This document shows, one piece after another, positions 1-20,924 of a DNA stretch of 64,000 nucleotides. Positions within the stretch are counted from its first letter, which is position 1. Each line of letters begins with the position of its first letter. A model generated the notes under the pieces. The model was given only the letters and a program-made list of their open reading frames with translations. It made no database searches and was not told where the DNA came from. Made by a program: the position numbers and the translations under genes. Location: the NCBI GenBank assembly GCA_963693365.1, contig CAVNZM010000008.1, forward strand, positions 1,674,001-1,738,000, in the 5' to 3' direction. The DNA is from Amoebidium appalachense. Taxonomy: Eukaryota > Protista > Ichthyosporea.

Positions 1-1008
1 GGACCCAGGCGGGAGGGGACCACCCTTAGGTTTGCGGCCGTTGGCACGGTTGCCCCCCTTGCACATGGCGGTAGTGTGACTGGTAGACAGTGGGTGGTTG
101 ACGCAGGAACCCTTGGGGTAGGTGCTGGCACGGTTGTTGCCAGAGTTGCTGTGTTGGCCGTTGCCGTTGGGGCACTGAGACTTGATGTGGCCTGGTTTGC
201 CGCAGCCGTGGCAGATGACAGGTTGAGGAGCCCGTGTGGTGAAGGCGGCCGGCCCGGAGCTGGTAGTCACACGTGCACGTGGGTGGCTGGTCTCATATGC
301 CCGTAGCTGTTGGAGGAGGCCCATCACGGTAGGCTTGGGTGTCATCTTGTAGGCAATTACAGGCATTTCGTAGTAAGGCACCTTGCCGAGGTCGTTGGTG
401 AGCTTGGTCAGCACTTGAGCATCACCAATTTGTGTGCCGTAATCGGCCAGGCGCCGCACGTAGCCGCGGAGTTTCATGGCGTATTTCGTCGCGGTGTCCG
501 TAGGTTCAGGCGTAGAATTCATGTACAGCCCGATAAGGTCGTACTGATTGGCCTCAGATTGCTCCAGGTAGTGGGCAGATAGGGCCGACCATATCTCCGC
601 AGGTGTGGTGGTGCGTGTTAACCCTAGGATACAACGCACGTCAACCGAGAGTGCTTGCCACAGGTAGGAACGGGCAGTGTCGACCTGTTCACGGGTAGCC
701 GGGTGCTCCGTACTGGGCGCGATGGTGTGGAGAAGACCAGCACCAGAAAGCTGGACATACATGGTTTCGGCCCATGTGTGGTAGTCCGTGCCTGAATCAT
801 TATCAATGCCAGTGAAGAGAGGGATGTCGACCTTGAACTTGATGGAATCATTACGTGAGGGGCCCATAACCCTGTTGGACATTGTGTTCATAGAAGCTAG
901 TTCTAGTGCACGTTGTTCCTTCTGTAAGTCAGAAATGATTGCATCTTGTGAGGCCAACCTCTGCTCCAGTAGTTGGACTAGTTGCTGCAACTGTAAGTTG
1001 TCAGACAT
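1..1008 (-). CDS. gag: Ty1/Copia gag, partial (runs off window start)
   Basis: Manual translation from ATG 1008 is open to the edge: MSDNLQLQQLVQLL...IPLFTG...YHTWAETM...EIWSALSAHY...CHGCGKPGHIKSQC (CX2CX4HX4C knuckle). Not in the ORF track because it has no stop in the window. Confidence 0.85.
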   Translation of the reverse strand, partial: MSDNLQLQQLVQLLEQRLASQDAIISDLQKEQRALELASMNTMSNRVMGPSRNDSIKFKVDIPLFTGIDNDSGTDYHTWAETMYVQLSGAGLLHTIAPSTEHPATREQVDTARSYLWQALSVDVRCILGLTRTTTPAEIWSALSAHYLEQSEANQYDLIGLYMNSTPEPTDTATKYAMKLRGYVRRLADYGTQIGDAQVLTKLTNDLGKVPYYEMPVIAYKMTPKPTVMGLLQQLRAYETSHPRARVTTSSGPAAFTTRAPQPVICHGCGKPGHIKSQCPNGNGQHSNSGNNRASTYPKGSCVNHPLSTSHTTAMCKGGNRANGRKPKGGPLPPGS

Positions 1009-1298
1009 AGTGTCGTGTATGATGGGTAACTAGTCTATGTGTTTTGTGCACTGGAAACGACAGTAGAAAAGTGTAAATCAAACGTTCTGCTTCCCATGTT
1101 TGTGACATGGGAGGCACTGCTTTATATAGTCGTTGGCCACCTCATGGTGGCCTCGTGTGCACCCTGGTGGTGGGCCATGTACAGCATGGCCGAAAAGAGA
1201 GCACAATGAAAACAAGTCGTTAAAGATATAAAAGTTAACTGTGCACGTTGAGTGGCTAGTTAACTTGCACTAAAGCACACAAATAAATGTGTTTAACA
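873..1298 (-). repeat. 5' LTR of this Copia element
   Basis: Minus strand starts TGTTAAAC, ends CCAACA and is followed by copia-type PBS GGGTTATGGGCCC (872-860). TATATAAAG lies at ~1128-1120. The partner LTR is outside the window. Confidence 0.6.
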
Positions 1299-1651
1299 CA
1301 CCAATTGCAGTTAAACGTAAATCTTGCTTCACACAACTAAAAATATTCTGAGAATATCCGGGAATAAAGCACACTACCACTCTAAGAATAGAATCCTGTG
1401 GCAAATATAGACATGACATCATCTGAACCGGGAATATTAATTAATGAGCACAATTAGCACGTTGCTAGTGAAGCTCGTCATTGGTACAGTTTTGGCTCAA
1501 ACATATAACTACCATATATGAATATGACCGTAAACAAAAGCTCTATGCACTCGAGTGAGTGTTGAAACAGTTATTCAATTGCTCAGAAACTTTCTCTAAC
1601 AGACATTGCTAGCCGGGAGTACCAGTGTACTTCCTCTTTTTTGTTCCAACA
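1299..1651. repeat. Probable fragment of another LTR inserted into the 5' LTR of the next element
   Basis: Ends TTCCAACA (LTR-type terminus) exactly where identity to the LTR at 4428-4907 begins. Confidence 0.4.
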
Positions 1652-4600
1652 GGGCCTTGATCCGAAACCTGGGGGCTATATAAGAAAGCCGTCCCAGTAC
1701 GGGGATCACATCAGTGAAGTCTGAGACAGACTGAGTCGGCCCATAGTAAAAGCAACCTGGCCGCGTGTGCCTTTCTACCCGTTCTCTGTCTTTATTTTGA
1801 TTCAGTTGTACTCTGCCTTATCCTAACTAGTCCAACTGTTTACATTGGCGACCGCGCAGTTCAAGAATCTCGCATCCTTCGAATCTCACATCTTTCAATC
1901 AGTTCAAGAATCTCACATCTTTCAATCAGCTCAAGAATCTCCCATGGCCGATCACAATCCTTTTTACCCCGATGATAGGCACATCTTTCCTTGTCCGGCT
2001 TAGAATATATACACCTACAAGTTTGAAGTGGCCAGCCCACCTACACGGAAAGAATTGAAAGCATGTAAAACTTCTTTTGCTACGACACATCAAAAATGTG
2101 AAGAAAAACGAATACACAACGAAACAACGAATACACGAACAAACGAATAAAGAATTGCTAACGAAGCAATGAACCAACGAAAAACGAACCATCACGAATA
2201 CACAACGAAATAAAGAATTCACGACAAGCGAATGCATAGAGGAAATACAAAATGAATGCAACACAAAACAAAACAAAGTAACGAAGTTATCAAACGACAA
2301 AAAACGAAAAACGGAAGCAAAATGAAATGGAAATACGAAAATGAAAGAACGAATGCACAACACTGCTTGGGTTGCAATGCACACAGCCCCCTCTATGTTA
2401 CGAAGAAAAGAAAACCGTTGCCCTTGCGTGCATTGCGCTATTGCACACTGTCATCGTGTCCATGCCACCGCATGCACGTCCACACTCGCAAGCCAGATGC
2501 ACGGCCACTTTCAGCACGAATGCATTTAAAGAAGAAGATAGTCGCTGTTCCTATAGCATTGAGGACATAAGATCTTATGAAAGTAGTGTTGCATGCATGC
2601 TTCGAATCCCTTGCTGTTGTCGAATACAGCATGCCCCATAGTTTAGCGCACAGGATGCACAACATGCGCATGAATGTATGCTGGCATGCCTAAACACATT
2701 ACGAACATATGCCTCATGTATGGCCCTTCCTGGTGCCATGCCCAAACGAATTTGCACTCTTGGTGCACAGAAGGCATGTTGTTAATAAAGTCGATGCAGA
2801 ACTTTTGTTCGTGCATGTGAAAGACAAACGAAGGTGTGGGGTACGAATTTAATGGTACTTGCCAGTCTGTGGCAATACTGTAACATACGAATTACACTGT
2901 CAAGCCTTGCACTAGCTGCCGGCACACCCCCACCAGAACAAAAGAATGTGGTATGGGCACCGTTCCCTCACAACCCCAGCATACAGTGTCAGTATTTTGG
3001 CTGGAAGCCTTTCAGTTTCGAATTACGAATACCCTCCTTCACTACTGAAGAAAGTGACGTGGAAGACGAATACGAATACGAATGCAAGGTGTTGTTGACT
3101 AACACATCGGACCATCATGTGTATTTAGGCTTTGGTACGGAGATGACCATGTTATTCCCTTGCAATATGATGACACTGTAACAATTTAGCACGTGCATAC
3201 CCCACCAATGGGCACATGCGGGAGACAACCCCACAAGCTGCCTTATTGGGCACCTCTGCTAAAACGAATATTCTTCTCACGAAGGAACAGAAGAATGCCA
3301 CGAACACGAACCACACACTCACCAGGCAGCTACTTACATCTAATGTATGTAAGAAGTAGGGTGTGTGAACGGGGTAACTTCATGAACACCAACACGAAAG
3401 AAAGCACAGCACAAAGCAGTTCCACGAATACGAATGGTTTTGGTATTCCACACAACGAACAGAACCTACAGTAGGGCCACCTACAAATGAAGCAGAGGAT
3501 GGGGCACCATCCAGACCTGCACTGGAGGATATGAAAACACGAAGCGCGCTCACGAAGTTGCTTACAAAAGAAAGGGCGACTGCGACGACTTTTCTTTTTA
3601 GGCCAAGCCTCCAGAAGAATGTATTATGCCTGGAATCCCCCTGCTCAACGAAAATGGCTGGCAAATGGGATACGAAAACTGCTCACGAATGGAAGCATGT
3701 GTTTTCTGAAGAAGGCTTGCTTTGCCTACCCTCTTCTTATGAATTATGAACCGGGTTTTTACTGGTTCTGACGGGTGATATATTTCTTTATGTCGCCCAA
3801 CGAAGAACACTTGGGCATTTTTATTCATGTTTTTCCCAGCTCCGATGATGCAGAGTTAAAGCTGAAAGGAAAGAAGTGCTATTTGTTCATGAAAGAAGCG
3901 GCTTTTCCGGCCATGGTGACTCGCCTTACAGTCTTATGGTAGAACCGGGATAAGGAGCAGTGGCTAAGCCTTGAAGCTATCCACCACTACCTGAGCTACG
4001 AAGTGACCTAAGGCTCGAGTTATATTCATTATCGAATGTTTGGTATGATCATTCATCCACACAACCAAATTACTCGCAATTGAAAACGAATCTGCGGGAG
4101 TATCCTAAAAAGGAAAAATTCCCAAAAAGGAAAATACTACTTCTACAGAAAAGCCAAGCACAGAGACGAAGGCTTAGCGAATTATTCGCACGCACACTCT
4201 GCAACAATCTTCGCCACGAAAATGAAATCACAGAAGAATGCTGCATGAATTTACGTTTTGGCAAATGAAGAAGTGCTCATAGACGTGCACAACTCTATTC
4301 AACCGTCCTTGCTCTGTTCTGCCCAGCAGCTCGGCGCACAAGAATTCTCGCTGAAGGTTGTTTATCGCCTCTCAGCCTGGTGGTTTGCTTGTCTAACGAC
4401 ACCACCAGGCTCCCGACAAGGGGGGAGTGTAAACAACTGTACACATGAACTGTACATGTTTACTAAAGAATGTGATCTACTAGCACACGATTCGTGCTTT
4501 GTCATGAATATCACATAAATATTATGTCCGCACCAATAGGACTCACTCTGACCTAAGAATTGAACCATATATGGTTCTTCAGCTGCATACCACATAAACG

Positions 4601-4907
4601 AAGTGAACCAATAAGAGGTTTGCATAAATAGGACAAAGGTCTGACTGGCTCGGACCGCACCAGAATCACGAATGGCATGTTGCCACCCGCGCTGGCCGCG
4701 GATGAACCAATCCTGGGCCTTGATCCGAAACCTGGGGGCTATATAAGAAAGCCGTCCCAGTACGGGGATCACATCAGTGAAGTCTGAGACAGACTGAGTC
4801 GGCCCATAGTAAAAGCAACCTGGCCGCGTGTGCCTTTCTACCCGTTCTCTGTCTTTATTTTGATTCAGTTGTACTCTGCCTTATCCTAACTAGTCCAACT
4901 GTTTACA
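1652..4907 (+). mobile_element. Non-autonomous/degenerate LTR retroelement with Gypsy-type PBS
   Basis: 193-bp identical repeats 1652-1844 and 4715-4907. Full 3' LTR 4428-4907 has TGTAAACA...TGTTTACA ends. PBS TGGCGACCGCG at 1846; PPT AAGGGGGGAG 4418-4427. No recognisable gag/pol inside. Confidence 0.8.
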
Positions 4908-4946
4908 CCCCCCCCAGATCTCCCGTTCCGGAGCAACACTGGCAGA

Positions 4947-5906
4947 TTGGCCCCCCACTTTGCTCCGGCCGAGCTGCTTCGAGCCACCACTACCCTGCAG
5001 GAATGCCAGGCCCTGAGTCTCAACCTCGACTCTCGGGCCTTTTACTCCCGGGTGCAAAAAGTGTTCATCGATTTCTGTGTGGCATCTCGGCTGCAATCCT
5101 CCTCCGGGTCCTCCCTCCCGGCCTCCCCACACACCGTGCAACTTTTTCTCGCCTGGTGTGCCCAACGAGGGGTACAGGCCTCTTCCTTAACCGGCTACAA
5201 TTCGGCCATCACCAGGCTCCACCTCGACATGGGCCTCCCTGCTCCCTACCCCCACGACAAGTCTCTGGCCTGGTTCCTACGGGGGGTGGGCCGATGGCAG
5301 CTTTCTCACAACATCCGACCCCGCTCATCCACCAGGGAACCCCCTCCTCCCCTCCCACCTCCACCTACTCCATGGCCAGTGCCCCACCCAGGCCTCCTCA
5401 AGACCCTGACTTCTTTCGACCCGTCCCGTCACGTTAAACGGAAGGACGTGACCTTCAGCTACACCCCCACCGGTACTTTGTCCCATGCCACCCTCCACCT
5501 GCCAACCTCTAAGATGGATGTACAGGCCCGAGGTGTCAACGTCACCCTAGCTGCCCTGCCCCTCACCCACTTCTCCCCAGCCCATCTCCTCCGGCAGTTC
5601 CTGGATACAACGTCCGGTCAACCCGACGACCCCCTCTTCAGTCTCGGTGGCATCCCCTACACCAAGAGTGCTTTCTCTGCCGATTTCCGTGCCCTCCTCT
5701 CCCGGGCAGGCCTCTCACCCTCCCGGTTTGCCGGACACAGCCTCCGCATCGGGGGGGCCACAGCACTGGCTGAGGCCGGGGTCGACGACTCCCGCATCAA
5801 ACAACTCGGCAGGTGGTCCTCCGACTGTTTCCTGATCTATACCCGACTTCGTCCGGCCTCCATTGCTGCCACCACCACACGTGTATTCGCCTCTATTCTT
5901 AAGTGA
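4947..5906 (+). CDS. Tyrosine recombinase of a DIRS/Ngaro-type retrotransposon, probably internally deleted
   Basis: GHSLRIGGATALAEAGVDDSRIKQLGRWSSDCFLIYTR (H-x-x-R, W, Y catalytic region) and LPTSKMD. The first catalytic Arg box is not seen; a Pro-rich junction is in its place. The start codon is uncertain. Confidence 0.85.
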   Translation: MAPHFAPAELLRATTTLQECQALSLNLDSRAFYSRVQKVFIDFCVASRLQSSSGSSLPASPHTVQLFLAWCAQRGVQASSLTGYNSAITRLHLDMGLPAPYPHDKSLAWFLRGVGRWQLSHNIRPRSSTREPPPPLPPPPTPWPVPHPGLLKTLTSFDPSRHVKRKDVTFSYTPTGTLSHATLHLPTSKMDVQARGVNVTLAALPLTHFSPAHLLRQFLDTTSGQPDDPLFSLGGIPYTKSAFSADFRALLSRAGLSPSRFAGHSLRIGGATALAEAGVDDSRIKQLGRWSSDCFLIYTRLRPASIAATTTRVFASILK

Positions 5907-6725
5907 AACCTTTGGAGCAAGCATACTGCTCTCGTGCCGTGGTTTACAACCATTGCAGGTTCACTTTCGTCCAAGGGGATGTCCCCCTAGAGGCAACACA
6001 CGTCCCGGAGTAGTTTTCATAGAGGTTTTATTTGTGGAAATTATTGACATAAATATTTTTCTGGGTAAACACGTAGGATGGGTGTTCGATACCAACATAA
6101 CCATGTAGGCTTCATTTCGTGTTTTAGCAGTTAGCGGTTGGCTGCCCGCACACGGGCACCTATTAGCCAACCAAAACATCAGATACCACAGATCACTAGA
6201 CCGAGTTATGATTGGCTCGGATCAGATTTCACATATCACTAGATCGATTTTTGATTGGCTCAGATCGGTAGGCTTAGGTATATAAGCACGACAGTTTTTA
6301 GCAGATCAGCAAGCAGGAGGTTGCAAGCTACTTTTGGGTTTTGAGACCTTTAGTGAAAATTTGTCGGTTTTTCCACATACATTTTGGGGAAATCTATTTC
6401 TTTTTTAATCAATAGAACTAGATCTTAAACTAGAAATGTGCAGGCTTTAGACCCTCTCGCTTTTGAACTAAAACAATTTTTTTAAAAGTCATATATCTCG
6501 ACTCCGCTGGTGTTGCTAAAACATGCCTGGTTTTTCGTGTTTGCATGGTGTAATGGGCCTGTAACAGGGCCAGTCACTTGAGACAGAATTGTTGTAGAAT
6601 TTATTTTATTGTGAGGTCATTCGGCTCATTGAGGCCCGGCTTTATGTTTAAAAAGGCAAAGCCAGAATAACAAACATCCCGACTTGCTTTGAAGATTTAA
6701 AGATTACCCGTTCGGTGACGTATGC

Positions 6726-7095
6726 CTGCTGTGAATATGCCACCAGGGTCTTTGAACTTACATAACAGTAACTATGTACACGTATATGTCTTGTCTCCTG
6801 CTCAGAATCTTGACGGCCTACATCATTACAGAATACAAATAAAAAAAGATCAACACAGCAGGCATACGTCACCGAACGGATGCTATCAGCATAACCTTTA
6901 CTCACTATATCAAGTATCTTCAGAATGCAAAGTCTCATTTGTCATAACAAATTATACAGCTATTTACAATGAAAATGCCACCAGGGTCTTTGAACTTACA
7001 TCACAGAACGATGCACACGTATATGTCATGTCTGCTGCTCAGAATCTTGACGGTCTACATCATTACAGAATACAATTCAAAAAAGATCAACACAG
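6726..7095 (+). repeat. ~125-bp diverged direct duplication
   Basis: ATGCCACCAGGGTCTTTGAACTTACAT...AAAAAAGATCAACACAG occurs at ~6737-6858 and ~6975-7095. Confidence 0.8.
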
Positions 7096-7331
7096 GAGTG
7101 AAACTTAGGGAGTACAAAGCAGCTTTCAAACCCGACAACATCACGACGTTCCATGGCTGCTGCTTCAATCACCGTGCCAGTTCCCGAGCAGAGTGACAAC
7201 ACTTCCCTGTTCGGTGGGCAGTGCCTGCGAACAAGTGCCCGTTCCACGTTCACGGGTTTCTGTGGAGGGAAAGGAGGAGAGTAATTAGACAATGGGCCGG
7301 GCTCACGCTCGAATGGACTTGGGTGCTAACA

Positions 7332-7563
7332 TTTCTAGTGACGACTAGAAAGTGGAATGATTTGAAAGCTGAGGGCTTACAAGTGAGATGAATTGAGCGC
7401 TGATTTTTCTAGTTGTAACTAGAAATGTCGTCACTGTTGTCTGGAGGTTAGGATTTCTAGTTGAAACCAGAAGATGACGTCATTATGACGTCATCTTAAA
7501 CGATTGTCTGGAGGTTAGCATTTCTAGTCTGAAACTAGAACATGACGTGATTCTGACGTCATC
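7332..7563. repeat. Left array of TTTCTAGT-N4-ACTAGAA palindromes plus TGACGTCA pairs
   Basis: Four boxes (~7332, 7406, 7454, 7521). The last two are followed by TGACGTCA-like doublets. Confidence 0.85.
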
Positions 7564-7743
7564 TTAAACGTGAGGCTGTGTGGGTGCAGTGGTTTCACGT
7601 GATGCACAGGAGGGGAAAGGGAAGTCCTGCTGTAATAAAAAGAGGCCACAGACTATGGGTGGTGAGGAAGGGGGACAGAGTAAAGAGGATGAGGAGGGGG
7701 CTGTTGCCGTACGGTGTGCCATAATGAGGGAGGGGGATGGCCG

Positions 7744-12030
<4,287 letters not shown>

Positions 12031-14125
12031 CACGGATGTGTCCTACCACACACCAGTTTTGAAAGCTTGTGGGTATGCAACTCAAAACAAAAAGCAGTTC
12101 TTATTCGCCTCAACGATTCTGTGGAATGAGAACAGCGGGAGTAAAGGGGTAGGGAAAGTTAAGCCTGCCGGGAGATCAGAGCTCACAACTGTCGTCTGCG
12201 AGAGGATCACCACAGATAACGAAAGAACAAATTCATGAAAAAAGGGCGATCGGTAGGGATTTGGAGAAGAAGCATTTTTGCGGCTTACCTGGCAGCGTTT
12301 CTGGTGCTCATGTAGACCGGTTCTATCCGGAAGCTCCGTTACCCGATGGCTAATTTCAAAAGCCACCATACTCATAAACTTGCACACGAAACATTCTGCC
12401 TCTAGATCTATTTCCGGGACAGTGTAGGCCTTACATATGCTGCGAACCCCATAGTGTTCTGGTAATATTTTTTTTTATGGTGATACGGAAACGTCCAAGC
12501 GTACAGCATGAACATGAAAAACAGGAAAATGGCAATGATCCGTTCCGTACGTTGGGTACTAGTGGAAACTTTGTTACTGTACATTTATGTTTGCGGCTTA
12601 CTAGAAGCCTTGCATTCATGTGTTGTTAACTATAGCGTACTACCCTGTTTGCTGGCTTGGAAAGAATAGTGACCCCGGAGACCTAGCTTATCAATATGAA
12701 ATCTGACAGCCTTAGTTGTGTATATGGTCACTAACATTATAAGTAACTTTTTGATATATCTGCATGATTACTTATACGCGCATGCTGCGGACGCTGCGGC
12801 ATATGGCGTCGAATCGAAATGATGAGTTATCGAATGCATCATATATGGACCCTGGCGAGACTGGAAACTTGGGCACACTCGGTGCAAGAAAAGCTTTTTA
12901 TTACCCATAAAGCAGTTTATAATAAGCTAAATGACGACTTATTATTATTTATGTTGTACCACAGTGTATGTTGGAAACATAGAACAGATTGAAAGTGCTC
13001 CAACATTCCAGGGCCCTCGCGCATACGCCCATTAACAATTTTCGCCAATCCAATCGCTAAGTTGCACGGCATTCTAGTTGGCCCCTATTCAGCATAAAGA
13101 TGCCGAAAGAGGATGATTGGTTGATCGCTATGTAAAGCGTTTGATTGGTATGCTTGTGTTGTGCTTCGTCGACAAATCATTGGTAGTGTAAAGTCGGGGA
13201 GTCATTATTGAAATGCAGGAGTGTACCCATGAAAGTTACCCGACGGGATTATGCGTATATATGGGTTTGAACTCGAAGTTGCAGACGAAATTCGTTTTCT
13301 CAAACAGCAATTCCCGTTTTGTTTTGACGGTCATTCGGTGTGCTGTGACCAAGGCCGCACCGGTCCCCCCCCCTGTTAATTATGTGCACCATACATTACA
13401 CATAACAATAGACTAATATCTACTTCTTGGCAAGCTTGCAGCTATGCTCAGTATTTCTGGGCCATGCATATGCATCGCGAGCACCATTAACGCGCACCGT
13501 GGCGTACGTATCCGCAGTCGGCCGAGTATGACTCAGTACGTGTTCGATCATGCCTTCTGCTGAGTGCAACCATATGCTTATGCATGCGCGTGCGGGCAGG
13601 TGGTATTATATCAGCCATATTATGTATTGTGTTTACAAATAACAGTCGTGAACACGCATGCATGTATGGACGTAGGCACTGAGTTAAGTGAACCCAAATT
13701 TGCGTAACGTTTGTAAAACATCCATTGTACATGTACGCGCGCATGCCTGCCGCATATCACGCGCGCATGCACATGTACACACAATGTTCACATTTATAAT
13801 AATGCGCATCCATGCAGCAAGCATCATGTGCGTACAGTAGGCTCGAAGCTCGAGGTTTTCCTCCGGTACGATGGTATAGAACAGAGGTGCAGAAAAGAAG
13901 CAAGTTGAACGCGTATTTACGCGCGCACATGTATGTTTTGCAGGCGTGCGAACACACATGTGTACAAATACACGTACATGTACACGTGCCGGGCAGCTGG
14001 TCACGCATGGTCCCGTGCGTTATTAGGCAAATATCATACATGTAGTGACATAGCCTGGTCGTCGTCGCGTGTTGTGTACATATATGTTCCTGCTGCGGTG
14101 CTTGCACCCCGAACACGTAAGTGTA

Positions 14126-16210
<2,085 letters not shown>

Positions 16211-16549
16211 TACGCATTTAGACGCGAACAGCGCTCTCATGTTGGGTAATAACAGCACTTGATCGCGATCCCTGCCGCGGTGTGCCACGTAGGCGGCCGC
16301 GGTATGCGTACGTACGTGCATTCGTGTGTATATACATGGTTACGTACAGAAAAGAATGGTACGGGTCCTGCACACCATGCATGTGATCATTCGCTATGCG
16401 TGCACACTTTAATTTTGTGACATACATGTAGGTAAACTGGCACACAATTCGTATGCAGTGCTGTGCATGCCACCCTCTCCGTCCGTCCTGGACTTTTGAA
16501 TTGGAGGTGTACTTAAACACGAAACCCCCCCCAAATAATAATAATAATG

Positions 16550-16596
<47 letters not shown>

Positions 16597-18186
16597 TAAA
16601 ATAAAAATTATATCTCCACATATGGTGTCTATTAAATTTTGATTCGTTATATCTCCACTTAAAAAAATTTGTATGATGTAAATGTAACGCCTGGCACGTA
16701 CTGATGACGGTGCCTGGGCTGCTTTGAACTTCACGTTCGCCTCAAACTCTATTTTTCCTTACACTCGCGACCGCGCGCATGCTTTCTCTCGCGGCGGCTC
16801 TACGGTCCCGTTCGCTGTGTGTGTAAGGAAAAATACGAGTCACCTCAGTAGGTGACAGATGTAACGCTTATTTCATTACATGTATATCTTGTCGGTACTG
16901 TTGGCCTTGGTGCTGACAACTCATGACAGCTCACCTACCCCCCCTTTTGAATTCTGCCGCGCATCACATACCATAATGATGACTCGGGGGAAACAAAAAC
17001 TTTGGCGAAGAACAATAAACTAAATCTGGGATAAGCAGTATAAGCACGAAATTATTACAGGTGTCATTTTCTTTATCATATATTAAATATATACACAAAA
17101 TGGATTTATATATTTGAAATGTGTATTAAAAATGCATGTACAGATAACTTTTTCCTGCTTTAGAAATGTTTTCAAGAAACAAAAGTTGGAGCAGAAGTTT
17201 ATTTTTGAAGCCCCAAAGTGATCTAGGGTGCTTTTGTTCGGTTATCCTACGTGTACATATACCGCTGACGCGTCTGGCAGGTACGGCATTCACTGCGAGT
17301 TCACAGCCTGTTCACTGGGAACTGTTCGCAGATTGACAAGCGTTCAAGTTAGTCAACTTCTTGGGTTGACAAGGCTACCCCACCACTCGTTGCCCAACTT
17401 GGGTAGGGACGCTGATGTTAGTCGACCTCCTTGTGACAGACGACTCACAGTGTTACTGACAGCATAGTCTGGTGTTAAGTGTGCTGCATGGTTTGCACAA
17501 CAAGTGCATGGTCTGTATGCTTTTGTTGCTTTCTTGCACATGTCTTAGTGTCGATGCACTAATCCCTCAGCTTCTTTAGTTCCTCCTTGCCCTGATTTCT
17601 GGACAGCCTACTCTCCCTGTTTTCGTTCCCGTTGTCAAGGATGCATGTCTCCCACCCTGTTCTGCACACGGCCATTCTGACCCTCATCCCTCTCTTCCCC
17701 ATCCTTCCCCCCCCGGCCTTCTTTCTTTGTCTGCCCTGCTCCTTCCGATCCGATAAATCTATATACCTGCCTATACGCCTCTCAACCTCTCAAATCTATT
17801 TCCCTCCCCCCCTTTCTTTCGCATCGAATGTTTATCCATTCGTACTTCACCCAATATTCCCCATCCCTCCCCCCCCCCCCCCCCCCCCCCTTTCCCCCCG
17901 CCCTCCCCCTGCCCCTGCCCCCCCCCCACCCACACACAAAAAGAATAAAAGAAAAACACCAAAGTAAAAGAAGAAAACCTGTCTCCCATCTTTCTCCTAT
18001 CCGTCTCCCACACCCGGAACCACCCCTCTTTCTGTGCCCTGCAACTCTAAGAGGCTCCCTCTGTCCATCTCCCCACCCCCCTCCCCTCCCCCGGCGCCTG
18101 CCTGCCAACCTATTCGTTCGATCATACACTCTGCACCACCGTAACGAGCTATATGTGTTACTTCTGACCCCGTACTCTCTCTGCAG

Positions 18187-20060
<1,874 letters not shown>

Positions 20061-20108
20061 GGTATGGACTATGATTAATTTCACATTCCACGTACATCTC
20101 AGCATTTA

Positions 20109-20144
<36 letters not shown>

Positions 20145-20370
20145 TCTCTCTCTCTCTCCCTTTTCGTCTTCCCCTCCTCTCCTGCGTCACCACAAATGCA
20201 ATCACATCAGGTTTACCACTGTGTCACTTACCCCCCCCCCCCCCCCCCCCCCCCCCCCCAGTACCCACTCCTCGATTGGATGAGTAAATTATCTAAGGCC
20301 AAGCAACAAGCATTAGTGCAGTATCATGCAATTAATTGGCTAAATATCATGTTAACAGGAAACAATTATG

Positions 20371-20509
20371 TGACGTCATAGGACGTCACGGATTTCTAGT
20401 TGAGACTAGAAATCCGGTCAGAAGATTACAGTCGCACCGAGCCCCGGATTTCTAGTTGCAACTAGAAGGGTCAGAAGTTTACAGTTGTTTTTCTAGTTGT
20501 CACTAGAAG
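20371..20509. repeat. Right array of the same palindromes, in inverted order
   Basis: TGACGTCATAGGACGTCA followed by three boxes (~20393, 20449, 20490). Confidence 0.85.
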
Positions 20510-20536
20510 TCTTCCTAACATGCCTGTCCTTTGCAG

Positions 20537-20924
20537 GGGGGAGAGGGAGAGCTACTATCAGCACCGAACTGCGGCTATCCGGAAGCCGCGCAAGTACATC
20601 AGCGTTATCATCGACTCAATGGACCAGGCCAAGCCCGAGATCCCCAACGTGCATTGGAACTCCAAATCGGCCACTTCGACTCCGAAGAAGGATCCAAACA
20701 ATGCAGACGGGCTTGACGAAGATATACCGTGCGTTGGTGCAGATGGGAGAAGAGAGCGACGTAGATATGTAAAGTTTACTAATCCAAGCACCCCTTCTGA
20801 AGGGGATTTTGTGTTGGTACATTGTTGGGACACAAAAGACAGTGAGACAGTTGATAAGTACATTGGGGAATTTTGTGTTTGCAAAGGTTATTCATATGGA
20901 GAACGCAATTGCTCTCCCACATGA
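20537..20924 (+). pseudogene. Transposase remnant exon (DUF7869/Sola-like)
   Basis: After acceptor CTAAC...TTTGCAG: GERESYYQHRTAAIRKPRKYISVIIDSMDQAKPEIP, resembling the ERxxYY...SxIIDxMDQxK..P first-Asp motif. The rest of the catalytic core is absent. Confidence 0.65.

Noticed and set aside
1299-1651. Alternative U3 region (chimeric LTR)
   Set aside because: The segment ends in CCAACA at the junction, which is better explained as another LTR inserted there.
7332-7563. Spaced palindromic repeats as a CRISPR array or heat-shock elements
   Set aside because: Only 3-4 degenerate units, spacers partly repeat each other, no cas genes and a eukaryotic context. The spacing does not match nGAAn arrays.
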